Source of the DNA: Takakia lepidozioides
Lineage: Eukaryota > Plantae > Bryophyta
Assembly (NCBI GenBank): GCA_030704615.1
Contig: CM060732.1
Span: 59,768,001 to 59,832,000 of the forward strand
Direction of reading: 5' to 3'
DNA: 64,000 nt
The stretch's first letter is position 1; each line of letters opens with the position of its first letter. The notes beneath the pieces were generated by a model. The model saw only the letters and a program-made list of their open reading frames with translations. It was not told the DNA's origin and ran no database searches. Of the stretch, positions 53,077-64,000 are shown piece by piece. Made by a program: the position numbers and the translations under genes.

Positions 53077-55190
53077 TTGATGTCAGATAACAAGAGACCT
53101 AAAGCTGGGGAGATTTTTTACAAGGAAAAATGCAAGAAGATGGAGGAGAGGCTTACAAAGGAATACAATGATGTATTTCCATTCGGATTCGAGAGTACCT
53201 TCCTTGTGAAGGTTTCCATGATGGAACTAGCTCCAAGGAGCATGGTTTACAAGCCGTTAAATATCAAGCATAAGGACGAAGTGAAAGCGCGACTCTTCCA
53301 ACTTCATTTGTTCGACTCCAAACATCCGGTGTATCTTGCGCCAATCAACCTTTCCAATCCCGAGAAGATTGCTTCATCACGACCGAAGCAATGGAAGGAG
53401 ATGGACGTATCAAGGTTCTTCGTAATTGGTGGACAACACACCATCGTGGCATCAAAGGTAATGGACTTCATTTCCTCCCAGACCTCTCTTTTAACGAACC
53501 TCCACTGGGCAATGGAGGTTGGTGTTGAACTACAAAATTGGATATGTCCCCACACTTTCAACTCTCTCACCCATTTTACATTAACTGTAGCAGGAACTTC
53601 TCGAGGATCTTGCCGACAGCAAACTGAAGGAGTACTACCGGGAGTGGCCTACGAAAATTGTATGGTCTACCGATGAACAAAGGCTCCTGAAGTTGTCAAA
53701 GCTCCTCAACGATCCCAATAAGGCGCAAAAGTTTGATACAACAATGTCGGAGAAAGTTGCGCATGCACGAATGTTATTCAACCTGAGGGGGAAGCCAAAG
53801 AAATACAACGATCACACCACCAAGTCCGAGACGAAACAATGGAAGGTATGCATTTATGGAATCAAAATCTACTATTCACATTCATTTTATGCTAAAGAAT
53901 ACTTCTGTTGTCGGAGTGACAACTAATTTATCCCTGAATGAATGTGCAGGAGTCATTTGATACTAGAAATGGGTAGCATTGAGGAGGCAATGGTCCTGGT
54001 ACTTTGCGACGACAACGTTTGGAAAATCTGGGAAGATGTTTTCAAAAACTGGGAGCAGGGAAAGCTACTTGACCCGCTCGGGATACAGTACAAGGGTGAA
54101 CATCAACAACTCACGAAATCTGCTATCGCAAAGCTGTAAGGGTTGAACAGATGACAACTGATAAAAATTGCGTAGAAAATCCTGGACCTGAAATTGACCA
54201 TTCGAGATTACAAGGTCAAGACAAATCAATTCAAGGCATGAACAAGTACATAGACGACATGAAAATGCGCCGGTTTATTGTCGACGATGTGATGGAAGTG
54301 TTGGGGTGGCCTCGGAGGAGCAAACAGTGCATGGAACCATACACTAAGGACAAGGGGCGTGAAGTGAAGAGAAAGTACCACTTCAATAAGGCAAAGTTCT
54401 CAACATTTAAAGACAAACTGGGGACAGATTACATCCAAAGCAAGATCAAGATGAACATGGAGACAAAACCACTCACGGCCGCTTTTTGTTAAGTACGTCT
54501 CCTCCATCAAGAAAGCTTATGAGGATAGAGAGGATGCCATGGCGATTATTTCAGCGAGTTTCAAGATTCATTACGCTATCATGGGTGGAGAAACAAAATT
54601 CGTTGATGCCAAGTCCCGTCTGCGACTCGCACCGAAGAAACGGTTTGACAACATAGCGATGGTGTTCATCAATACAGTTTCTGAAGACAACTCTATCGTA
54701 TTTGAGTCCAACGATTATGTGAACATACTGGAGGCCTTTGTGGCTCAGAAAATGAACACGAGTGCTTTTGTTTTCTTCTCGACGCAACCGTCCTCGGCCA
54801 ATTTGGTCTCCTACATCCAAAATGGTCTCGGAAGAACATCGTATCTTGTCCGCCAAGGATTTTATGTTCCGGGAGAGTATGAAAATATTTACAAAAACAG
54901 CACGAAGACTTTCTCTCGGACTGTACTGTGCCTAGACTATGTTTTTAGAGCGACACCTGAAGAGATGCAGAATCCGGACGAGCACATCTCCACCGTACTG
55001 TTAAATCGAGCCAATACAGCCGATTCTGGAAGGGCCCTCTGAAAAGCCATCAGCTTTTGAAGAAGAGTGCAGGACTTATAATCATGAGCTACGAGCTGAT
55101 ACATTTGACTATTTGGCCTCCCTGTTTTGTCGAGACGGGATGTCCGCTGTCAACATCTTCGGAGGCGTGATGTTGACGTACGCCCTTCAT
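53077..55190 (+). pseudogene. Multi-exon protein with a ParB/Srx-like N-terminus and a degenerate amino-methyltransferase-like C-terminus
   Basis: YKPLNIKH..FFVIGGQHTIVA; GT-AG introns 53458-53593 and 53846-53949; after a frameshift near 55020, ELRADTFDYLASLFCRDGMSAVNIFGG; internal stops. Confidence 0.5.
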
Positions 55191-56884
55191 GTAAGTGTAA
55201 AGCCACATTGATGACTAAAGTCCAGATATAGAGCGTGTTGATTAATTACGTTTAAGCGACGGGTGGTTCTTGAGAAAGCTCGTGCGAGGATTATAGAGTT
55301 TATGGGGAAGAGAGAAATGAAAACGGAGAGAAGTGGTCACAGTACTTTGAAGAGTTTTCTGATGAGGATTGGAATGAGATGTTTGTTGGAGAAGAGGAGA
55401 TTTACACGACAGTGAAGCGTCTCTTGAAGAGAGGATCACTTGATTCCAATCAATATATCCATGATATCGAGGCTGTGAATATTGCAGCAACATCATGGCC
55501 CCGATGTGGCAACTGACCAAGAAGCCTGGTACTGGCTTTTTAAGTATGTGTTTAGGATACCAATAAACAACAGCCAGTACCAGCAGCATTATCTCATCAT
55601 CATTGGTATCTGGATGATTTGTTCCCTTGATCGTAAAGGATTTCGGGACAGATGCGACATGTAAGTAGTATTCTTGTTTTTGGATTGACAATCTTTGAAC
55701 AATACTGTCGAGATATGTTGAGGTGGGATGGTAACTAAATCACAGGTACACTCAAAGCCGAAATCCTACTCCAAAAGTGATCCGCTCGAGATAATGAAGA
55801 AGAGAACGAGGGGAGCATATCAAGAGGACACTACTCAGCATAGCCAACCTGAGAAGCTACAGAAAGTACTTTAGGGCTTAAAGTTCAATGGAGAGCTAGC
55901 TACAGAAAGTACTTAAGGACTTAAAGTTCAGTGGAGCTCGGTATGGCTCCAAATTTGTATCACCAAACTTATGTTTATAAAACAAGTTACAGATTCATAG
56001 AACAAACGTTGGTGCACTGTTTGCAGGCGGGTTTCAAGTTGTAATGGATTCAAGGATTGCCTCAACAAGGTCCGTTAAACTTTATGAGCATTAGCTTTTG
56101 AGTTCCATCTGCTGTCTGCTTGTATGTGGGTGTGTTTGTGTCTCTCTCTTATGTGAGGTTTTGGTGATGCTTTGTCTTTGCTCTAGAGTTGTCAGAGAGA
56201 AGGATGTACTTGAAGAACCTGATGACTGAAGTGCGTTCGGTGCGTGTGTGCACCACAACCCTCACTGCCAGCTTTATTGCTCTTTGAAATCAACACTTCA
56301 GCAGTTGTAGCACGCAACAATACGTGGGCTGGTCGACTGCTTTGTCGGTAATGTCCATGGCCACCCCGTTGATCTAGATCTTCCAGTTTTTTCACATTTC
56401 TTGTTTCATGGTTTTTGTGTGATTGATCTGGCATTCTCATTCAAGAGAGTACATTCGGATTCGTCTCACCACCGGACCATTCTACCTCTTGTAATTCAGA
56501 GCAGGAAGAGTTCCACATGTTGTCCCCAAACATCTCAGCTAGTGGCCAAGATTCCCAATCATCCCCCAATTCATATTGACCCACCTTCCCTAGCAGCATT
56601 CTCAGTATCCACCACAAAGTCCCACATGTTGGGATCCCCAAAAGCGATCGGATTAGCCCGAGAATCCTCAACATGGTCAACATCATATTCAAGTTCATCC
56701 AAATCAACAAGCAACAAAGCGTGGAGGATACGGTGGGGACACCAAGCGTCCCAAAAAAGGATATGAGCTAGTTTTCTCTGGCATTCAGAATGTCCCAGCA
56801 GACATCAACAATGGCATTTTTAAATACGAATTTTACATTTTTGATCGAACACGTCCTCTGTTTTACCGACTGGGTTTATCTGCA

Positions 56885-57646
56885 GGCAAGAAACATTCGA
56901 GTGCTTGACATCAACCACTCAACCAAGAAAAAGTTTTGCAAAAGAAAAGTTGAAGCGAATTTTAAGAAGCTTCAAATTGAGAATGACAATGTTGCTGAAG
57001 AGGTTGACGACGGAGACGAGGATGAGGAGGAGGAAGATGAAGACTTGGAAGAAGGAGGCGGACATTCCGAACACGTAGAAGAGGACGAGGGCATCGATGG
57101 TAACGGGGACAACGAAGGCCACGATAGTGACAATGCAGATTGTTGGGAGGCTGGACACCTAGATGTAATTCAGGACTTCAGAACTCAGTCACAGGATGGT
57201 ATTGAGAACATCACCCAAGACGTTGCGATCCACAATGTCGTGATTCTGGATGGGGTTCGTCGAGTTCAAGCGAGAGAACTAAGAGTAATCATGCTTCACC
57301 ATCAAGGGGTGCGGAGGCGAGCTCAATCGAGGTGCGCGGCAATTTTATTGGGAGTTCAGATGACTGGTTCAAACCTGTAGAAGGGGACGAGCCGGCGTCA
57401 ATGTCCCCGTCTCCCGCGAAAGAGAGGGTAGAGAGAGCGAGGACAAAGAGCCCGTGTCCCACAAAAGACAGCGGACACAGAGGGAGGACTAAGAGCCCGT
57501 CCCCCGCAAAAATGGACAGTGGTGACAGAGCCAGGACTAAAAGCCCGTCTCCAACAAAAAACAGCGGAGGCAGAGGCCGAACTCAGAGCCCAACTCGCTC
57601 TCAAAGTGTCTCCCAGCATGTCAATTTGGATGTAGGTAACGAATGA
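56885..57646 (+). CDS. Acidic, then RxKSPSP-repeat, low-complexity exon(s)
   Basis: Poly-D/E tract followed by RARTKSPCP, RGRTKSPSP, RARTKSPSP repeats; frameshift between the two parts. Confidence 0.4.
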
Positions 57647-58138
57647 CACCTGGAGATTTATGGTGTCTTTAAGCATTATAAATGGAACAAATTGTGTGTA
57701 TTGCATCTGGTTGTGTTTTTGGCAATACCTGATCTGTATCTTAATATTTCCCACCTTCTTGAAATTTGTATGTGACTGACGGTAAGAAAACTCATATAGA
57801 TCCATGAACGGAAATTGGAGGAAATCACACAAACCCGGACAGAATCCATCGCGACTCAAACAGTGAGGAGGCAGGTGGACTTAACGATAAGGGCCAGCCC
57901 AACTGATCTGGTCAAACAAACAACCTCCACCGCCCAGTTGACGTTGTGAGATGGAGGAGATGAGCCGGAGATGGTCGTTGCTCACCGCGAAGGAAAAGAG
58001 AGCGAGCAACAACATCAGCAAATTCGGAACCCCTCCCCGAAACGGGTATACACCTCATAACCATCTTAGCTATGTTCTTCTTTGTCCTTCTTCTAGTTTT
58101 CAAAATTAATTAATTGTTCTGTTATTCCACAGGATGAT

Positions 58139-58873
58139 ATGATTCACCCTCCAATCGACTATCACAAATCTGTGAACCCACAGGATTGGTATTGCCTCTC
58201 TGAGGGACCGAAAGGATCTCGACCAGGATACTACGTCCTGGTTCTTGACGTCGGTTACCTTGGTGAGGTTTACATCCAAGATGGCCCGAGATCCCCTCCC
58301 GCAACCCATCCTTGTGTGTGCGCTGGAAAATTCAAGCTTGCAGTCCGAAATGGGTTGGACGACTTCCTGAAATGGGTCCTTAAGCATTTTGAGGTCTGCT
58401 TTTGGAACACTGGACCATTAGAAAATGTCCTGGATATAGGGCTGGCTTTGTTTGGAAGAAGGTTTTACAAGGTCGGGGAATTCAGCAATGAGAACTGCGT
58501 GAAGCATAGACAGACGTTCAGTGCCGAATGGCCCAAATATCCGAAAGCGCCAATATATCTTAAACGTCTCTACGACCTTTTCACTGTAGACGACCCTGTA
58601 GCGTACAAATCAAACACACTTCTTATCGACACTGTAGAAAATATGTTTTAGGCATACTTGAACCCAAAGTTGCTCGGTATCTTCCTTCCAAAATATAAAG
58701 CGCTCGTCGACCCATACAATGACAGGTTTCTGCTTGATGAACTCAAACCGCACCTGGAAGAGTTGCGGTTATCCGGAAAAGACGCTGATATATTCAACGT
58801 GGAAAAACCCATAGGATGTCCACCGTATAATGACCCAAAGGTCAAATGCCTCTTGCTATGGGATTTGCAGTGA
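58139..58873 (+). pseudogene. FCP1/NIF-like HAD phosphatase homologue 1 (degenerate)
   Basis: VLVLDV..VRNGLDDFLKWVLKHFEVCFWN..YLKRL..NTLLID; in-frame stop at ~58649. Confidence 0.7.
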
Positions 58874-59049
58874 CAGGTTTATCTTAGAAAACAAAAATTT
58901 CTTGACGCTTCATTCGAACAGTTTGAAACGTAGATGGTTGCTCTAGATTTTCATGAACCTCGACTGTCCAGTGGACGTTGCTCCCAATGTCAATCCTGTC
59001 CTTGGTTTATCTTGATTACCACCTGAGTGGATGTATGAATTTCTCACAG

Positions 59050-59601
59050 ATTGCAGCACCAGTTTCTCCAGTTGCGAAAGGATTGCGCTTGATAATTTTT
59101 GACCTGAATGGAGTTTTGTGCAAAGTCTTGAAGTACCAGAAGAGCTATAGTGTCCCCCAAATGTCCGAGACAGACTACAAGATACCAGCTCTTGTTGGAT
59201 TTCGACTTGTCTATCGGCGGGAAAAATATCGTGAGATGTGGACAGAGTTGAACAAACATTTCCGTCTAGATATATGGAGCTGCATGATGTACAAGAACTT
59301 GCAGCCTATCCTGGACTTTATGCTTTGGGGTCTTCCTCAGCCGACATTCGTTATGTCTCAGAAAGATTGTATCTCCTATCCTACTTCTGTCCACCCTCAA
59401 TTTATATCAGGATACGACCTGGCGAGTCTGTTCTTGAAGCCATTGATGACAGTCTGGCAAAGATTTGGTGGTCAGTATAACCTGAGTAACACTCTACTTA
59501 TTGACGATTCAGCTATTAAGTGTGTGTTGAACCCGCCTGAATCCTGTCTGATTCTAAAATCGTTTGAATCCGTTGAGACGGACTCTTGTTATCTCCAGAA
59601 G
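59050..59601 (+). pseudogene. FCP1/NIF-like HAD phosphatase homologue 2, truncated by an LTR insertion
   Basis: LIIFDLNGVL, FRLDIWSCM, FLKPLMTVW, NTLLIDDSAIKCVLNP. Confidence 0.8.
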
Positions 59602-60325
59602 TGTCGCGGCCCTTTGCCTTGAGGGCAGGGGGTCGGGACACATGAGGGGCTGCCCCTGTGGTGGGGGCAGCGGCAGCGATAGGTATGGGGGGCTGAAGCA
59701 CCCTTGAGTGCCCAAGGCACTCAAGGAGGCGGAGGCGCTCACTAGGTGGAGCCCCGCACACCGGGTTGCGGTGGAGGTGGCTCCACAAGGGGTGGTGGTA
59801 GCTTAGTGGGACTTAGTGGGGGTGGCATAGGACTCACCATGGGGTGGAGACCTCGAGGTGGGAGTCGTGGGGAGTCTTGGGACTCATCACGGTCCATTGG
59901 GGCCGCGGTGAGTGGGCCAAGACTCACCGCGACTCACCACCGGGAGTCGAGGGTTTTCGTGGTGGTTCGCCATAAAATGGCATGGCTGGTTATGAAACCC
60001 CCGCGGACAGCTACAGAAGTATATATAGGGAGTAGTAACCCCGAGAACGGTGCAAGCCCGTTGGTGACCAAAAACTAGTGAGTAAGCGAGCGAGCCGGAA
60101 AGCGACCAAAGAGTGGGGAGCTGTTCCGGACTGCCATCTACCAAAGGAAATTCTCCTAGTCCCAAATAGGTGGAGGGTTTAGAGGGAAGCGGAAGGGGAC
60201 CGTTATGTCCCGGTGAGCAGCCGAAACTCCAAGTTGGCCCGGCGGCCAGGTTGGGAGTCAGGCGCGCGCATCAAAGCGAGTAACTATGACTTGAAGGGGA
60301 GTTTACCGAACTGAGGTGTGCGACA
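59602..60325 (+). repeat. 5' LTR of a Ty3/gypsy element
   Basis: TGTCGC...GCGACA inverted ends; TATATA near 60020; PBS follows. Confidence 0.9.
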
Positions 60326-60327
60326 CT

Positions 60328-60339
60328 TGGTATCAGAGC
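60328..60339 (+). other. Primer binding site (initiator tRNA-Met)
   Basis: TGGTATCAGAGC 2 bp after the LTR end. Confidence 0.9.
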
Positions 60340-60380
60340 TTAGAGTTCAGTACGCGATCGTCCTTGGGATTGGCCTCATC

Positions 60381-63300
60381 ATGGGGTCGGGCAAGCCGAA
60401 GCGAAAGCGGAACGGCCCAAAAGATGATGATCCCGGTGAGCCCGATGGGGGCGACGTGTCACCGAGGCGGCCGTTTGAGGAAGCGATTAATGTTTCCGAA
60501 AACGAGGCCGCTCAGGAGCGGGAGGAATCCGAGGAGTCGGAGCCCGAGGAATCTTTGAGAGCTCCGACAAACCAAGAGATGCCTCCCATGCCGGCAGCCT
60601 TTTGGGAAGGGTTGTTGGCGCAGTTTGGCGGGACGTTGAAAGACGTGTTGAAGGCGGCTAATGCCACTTCCACCAAGGCAAAGTTTAAGGTGAAGCCTAA
60701 GGAACCCGGCACCTTCGAGGGCGTTTGAAACCGGAAGGCACTCAACACCTGGCTCCTGGAGCTAGAGCAGTACTTCCGGGCGGCCAAGTTGAGTGACGAG
60801 GATCGGGTGGAAGTGGCTCCCACCTATTTGAGGGGCTATGCTCAACAATGGTGGCAGAAACGCCTTCACGACCGAGGCCCAAGCCCGGAAACCTTGAACT
60901 GGAGTGAGTTCAAGGAATTGATGAAGAGACAGTTTGTGCCCCTCAACGCATCCTGGCTTGCCCGGGACAAGATGAGGAATTTGAAGCAAACAGATGACAT
61001 TCGGGGGTATGTCCAGGCTTTCAATGTGCTGTTGCTCGAAGTCGCGGACATGGCAGAACCAGAAATGGTCTTCAACTTTGTGGCGGGACTGGCCCCATGG
61101 GCTAGGCGGAAGTTGGAGGAGAAGCCACCCAAGACTTTGAACGAGGCAATTGAGAGAGCTGAATGTTTCTCGGATGTCCCTAGGGGTGAGAGACAAGGCC
61201 GTACGGAGCTGAACCACAAGAAGACCCGGCGGGAAGGTGACTCCTCCCGACCGGAAAAGAAGTGGGATAGGCCACGCGGCGAAAATGGCACGTGGAAATC
61301 GAAGGGAGGTCCTTCACACGTCAAGGCGGCACCCGGTGCTTCGAAAGGAAAAGCGGGTGGAGCGACTTATGGCGGACAGAAGGCGACCTTTGATGGAGTG
61401 TGTTTCAATTGCGGGGAGCCCGGGCACATGGCCAAGAAGTGCACGAAGCCCCGGCAATTGAACATGACTCGGGCGACCACGGAGCTGTCGGAAGATACCA
61501 TCAGTCGCTTGGTGGAAGCGGTGGTCGCCAGGACTTGCAAGGTAGGCAAATTTTCTTGTGAGTTGTATCAGGAAACTGGCGCCTTACGAAAAGGGAGTCA
61601 GTTATTGTTCGTGGATGGGATAATATCCGGAACTAATGTGTCGTTGTTGGTGGACACAGGAGCGTCGCACTCCTTCATGACGCCGGCGGCGGCGCGAAAG
61701 TTGGGACTCCCGACAAGTGACGTGGGGGCCTCTATTGAGGTGCGCTCTGCCAAAGGAGAACCTCAGTTGGCGACAAGGTTGGCGTTTGATGTTCCTCTTC
61801 AACTGGGGAGTTGGGAGGGACGTGAGAACTTCACTATCTGCGAGATCGATGGAGTGGATCTCATTTTGGGAATGACCTTTTTGAGCAAATCCGGAGCGGT
61901 CATAGATGGCCGCAAGAGAGTAGTCACGCTGCCATGTGGGAATGGTGGCGAGGTTTTACGAGTGTCGGAAACGCCCAAATCCGTGGGAGGGCGAATAAAC
62001 CTTCTATCAGCAAAGGAGTGGGCCGTGGAGGAGACACACGAGTCCCAGTTTTTGCTTTACATTAGAGAAGTGAAAGGAGAAGGCGACGGGGAGCCGAGCC
62101 CAGATTGGATCAAGGGGATTTTGGAGAAATACCAGGATGTGATGCCGGAGGATTTACCAAGCGGCTTGCCACCGCGAAGAGGAGTTGACCACAAAATTGA
62201 GGTGATACCGGGATCGGAACCGCCTGCCAAGGCGCCCTACCGGTTGAGCCACAAAGAGTTGGTCGAGTTGAAGACTCAGCTCAAAGATCTAATGTCAAAG
62301 GGGTACATCCGGCCGAGTAAGTCACCTTACGGAGCCCCGGTGCTATTTGCAGACAAGAAGGATGGGACGCTGCGGATGTGTGTCGATTACAGGGCTCTGA
62401 ATAAGGTGACTATCAAAAACCGGTACCCTTTGCCAAGGATCGACGACCTCTTCGATCGGTTGGCAGGAGCGAAGTATTTCAGCCGGATCGACTTGCGCTC
62501 CGGCTATCACCAAATTCGGGTGGCGGAAGGAGATGAGGAGAAGACCGCGTGCAGGACAAGGTATGGTTCATATGAGTTCTTGGTGATGCCTTTTGGGCTC
62601 ACCAATGCACCAGCGACATTTAGCACGCTGATGAACAGCCTTTTCCAGGAGTGGTTGGATGACTTTGTGATCGTGTACATCGACGACATCTTGGTGTACT
62701 CGAAAACAAAGGAGGAGCACCTGGAGCACCTCAAAAGGGTGTTCCAAAAATTGCGAGAAGGGAAGCTGTATGCCAAAGCTTCAAAGTGCGAATTCGGGGT
62801 CACAAAAGTGGAGTTCTTGGGGCACGTGATTACACAGGATGGGATCAAAATGGATGACAGAAAGGTGAGGGCGATCTTGGACTGGGAGCCTCCGACTTCG
62901 GTCCCGGGAGTGCGATCCTTCCTAGGACTCGCCTCCTATTACCGGAAGTATGTGAGAAATTTCGCCAAGATCGCGGGGCCGCTGTCGGACCTTCTGTGTA
63001 AATCCAAAGTCTGGGTATGGAACACATTTTGTGGCCAAGCTTTTGCTGAATTGAAGCAGCGGATGACGGAAGCTCCAGTCTTAAAAATCCCGGAGTTCGA
63101 TCGTCCATTTGAGATTCATACAGATGCATCGGACTTCGCAATTGGGGGTGTACTTATGCAAGATGGACGTCCAGTGGCTTACGAAAGTAAGAAACTGAAT
63201 GAAGTGGAGCGACGGTGGCCGACGCACGAAAAAGAGATGAAGGCGGTGGTACATTGCCTTGAACTCTGGCGCCACTATGTTGGTTCCAACCCAGTGAAGG

Positions 63301-64000
63301 TGTTCACGGACAATGTCACGGTGAAGTATTTTGCCACGCAGCCCAAGTTGTCCCCAAAACAACTTAGGTGGCAAGATACTTTGGCAGTGTTCGACGTGGA
63401 TATCCAGTACAAACCGGGACGGGACAATGTGGTGGCCGATGCTTTAAGTAGAAAGCAGCAGCTCTTGTTGGTGTACAAGGGCGAGACGGCGCTCCAAAGG
63501 AAGATCCGGAAGGCTTGCCGGAAGGATGAGCTGGCAAAGTGCGTGATGCAGAACTTGAGAATGGGGGTTAAATCGCAGTTCCACTTGCAAAACGGACTGC
63601 TCCGGTATAAGCAAAAACGTCTCTATGTGCCAAAGGGAGGGATCAGGGATAGTCTCTTGAGAGAATGCCATGATAGCCCGCTTGCGGGCCACGGTGGAGC
63701 CAAGCGCACTGCGGCACTCTTGAAGAAAGAGTATTTCTGGCCCAAACTGAGGGAGGAGGCAGAGGAGTATGTAAAGACATGCACCACATGCCAACAAAAC
63801 CGGAGCGAGTATAAAAAGCAAGCGGGGCTGTTACAACCCTTGCCGATTCCAGAGGGGACTTGGGAAAGCGTCTCGATGGATTTCATGACTGCTATGCCGC
63901 TGTCAAAAGGATTCGATGCAATCATGGTGGTGGTAGATAGGTTCAGTAAAATGGCCCATTTCATCCCCACCAAGGAGACGGCAACTGCGCAGGAGACAGG
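60381..64000 (+). mobile_element. Ty3/gypsy gag-pol, near-intact, running off the window end
   Basis: One frame: gag, [14 protein letters not shown] (61401), [10 protein letters not shown] (61653), YIDD (62676), TDASDF RNase H, integrase H-H-C-C and WESVSMDF (63861); the only stop seen is TGA at 60726-60728. Confidence 0.95.

Larger units (their letters stand above)
36060..58979. repeat. Dispersed 24-bp palindrome AACCTCCACTG-NN-CAGTGGAGGTT, about 10 copies
   Basis: Copies at 36060, 38147, 48628, 48759 (half), 51368, 51570, 52519, 53497, 57922 and 58956. Confidence 0.88.

Noticed and set aside
51647-59601. Endogenous giant-virus insertion
   Set aside because: No viral hallmark genes (capsid, PolB, packaging ATPase) recognised and the genes carry spliceosomal introns; not fully excluded.
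60512-63973. Minus-strand ORFs over the last gypsy element
   Set aside because: Antisense shadows of the gag-pol frame.

Overview
Eukaryotic DNA, most likely from a non-seed land plant (GT-AG introns, plant-type LTR elements, TTTAGGG motifs; the taxon is inferred). The first ~14 kb holds one multi-exon host gene, a U2AF65-like splicing factor with a very long charged N-terminus. The rest is nested transposon DNA. 15.6-28.6 kb: a Ty1/copia element split by a ~5.8-kb inversion (both LTRs keep the same TCTCT target duplication), a GMC-oxidoreductase remnant, a chromovirus 3' end and a second copia cut by a CACTA-type terminus. 28.6-59.6 kb: satellites plus a probable large intron-containing DNA element carrying a DDE-like transposase, a ParB-like/methyltransferase-like gene, a Pol II CTD-like protein and two FCP1/NIF-like HAD genes, with a recurring 24-bp palindrome. 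59.6-64 kb: a near-intact Ty3/gypsy element. The standout is a decayed Ty3/gypsy element at ~39.5-48.5 kb (- strand). Its pol region carries a complete DNMT3-like C5-cytosine methyltransferase between protease and RT and a PHD finger after integrase, i.e. a chromatin writer and a reader in one retrotransposon. All domain calls come from motifs read by eye; no searches were run.
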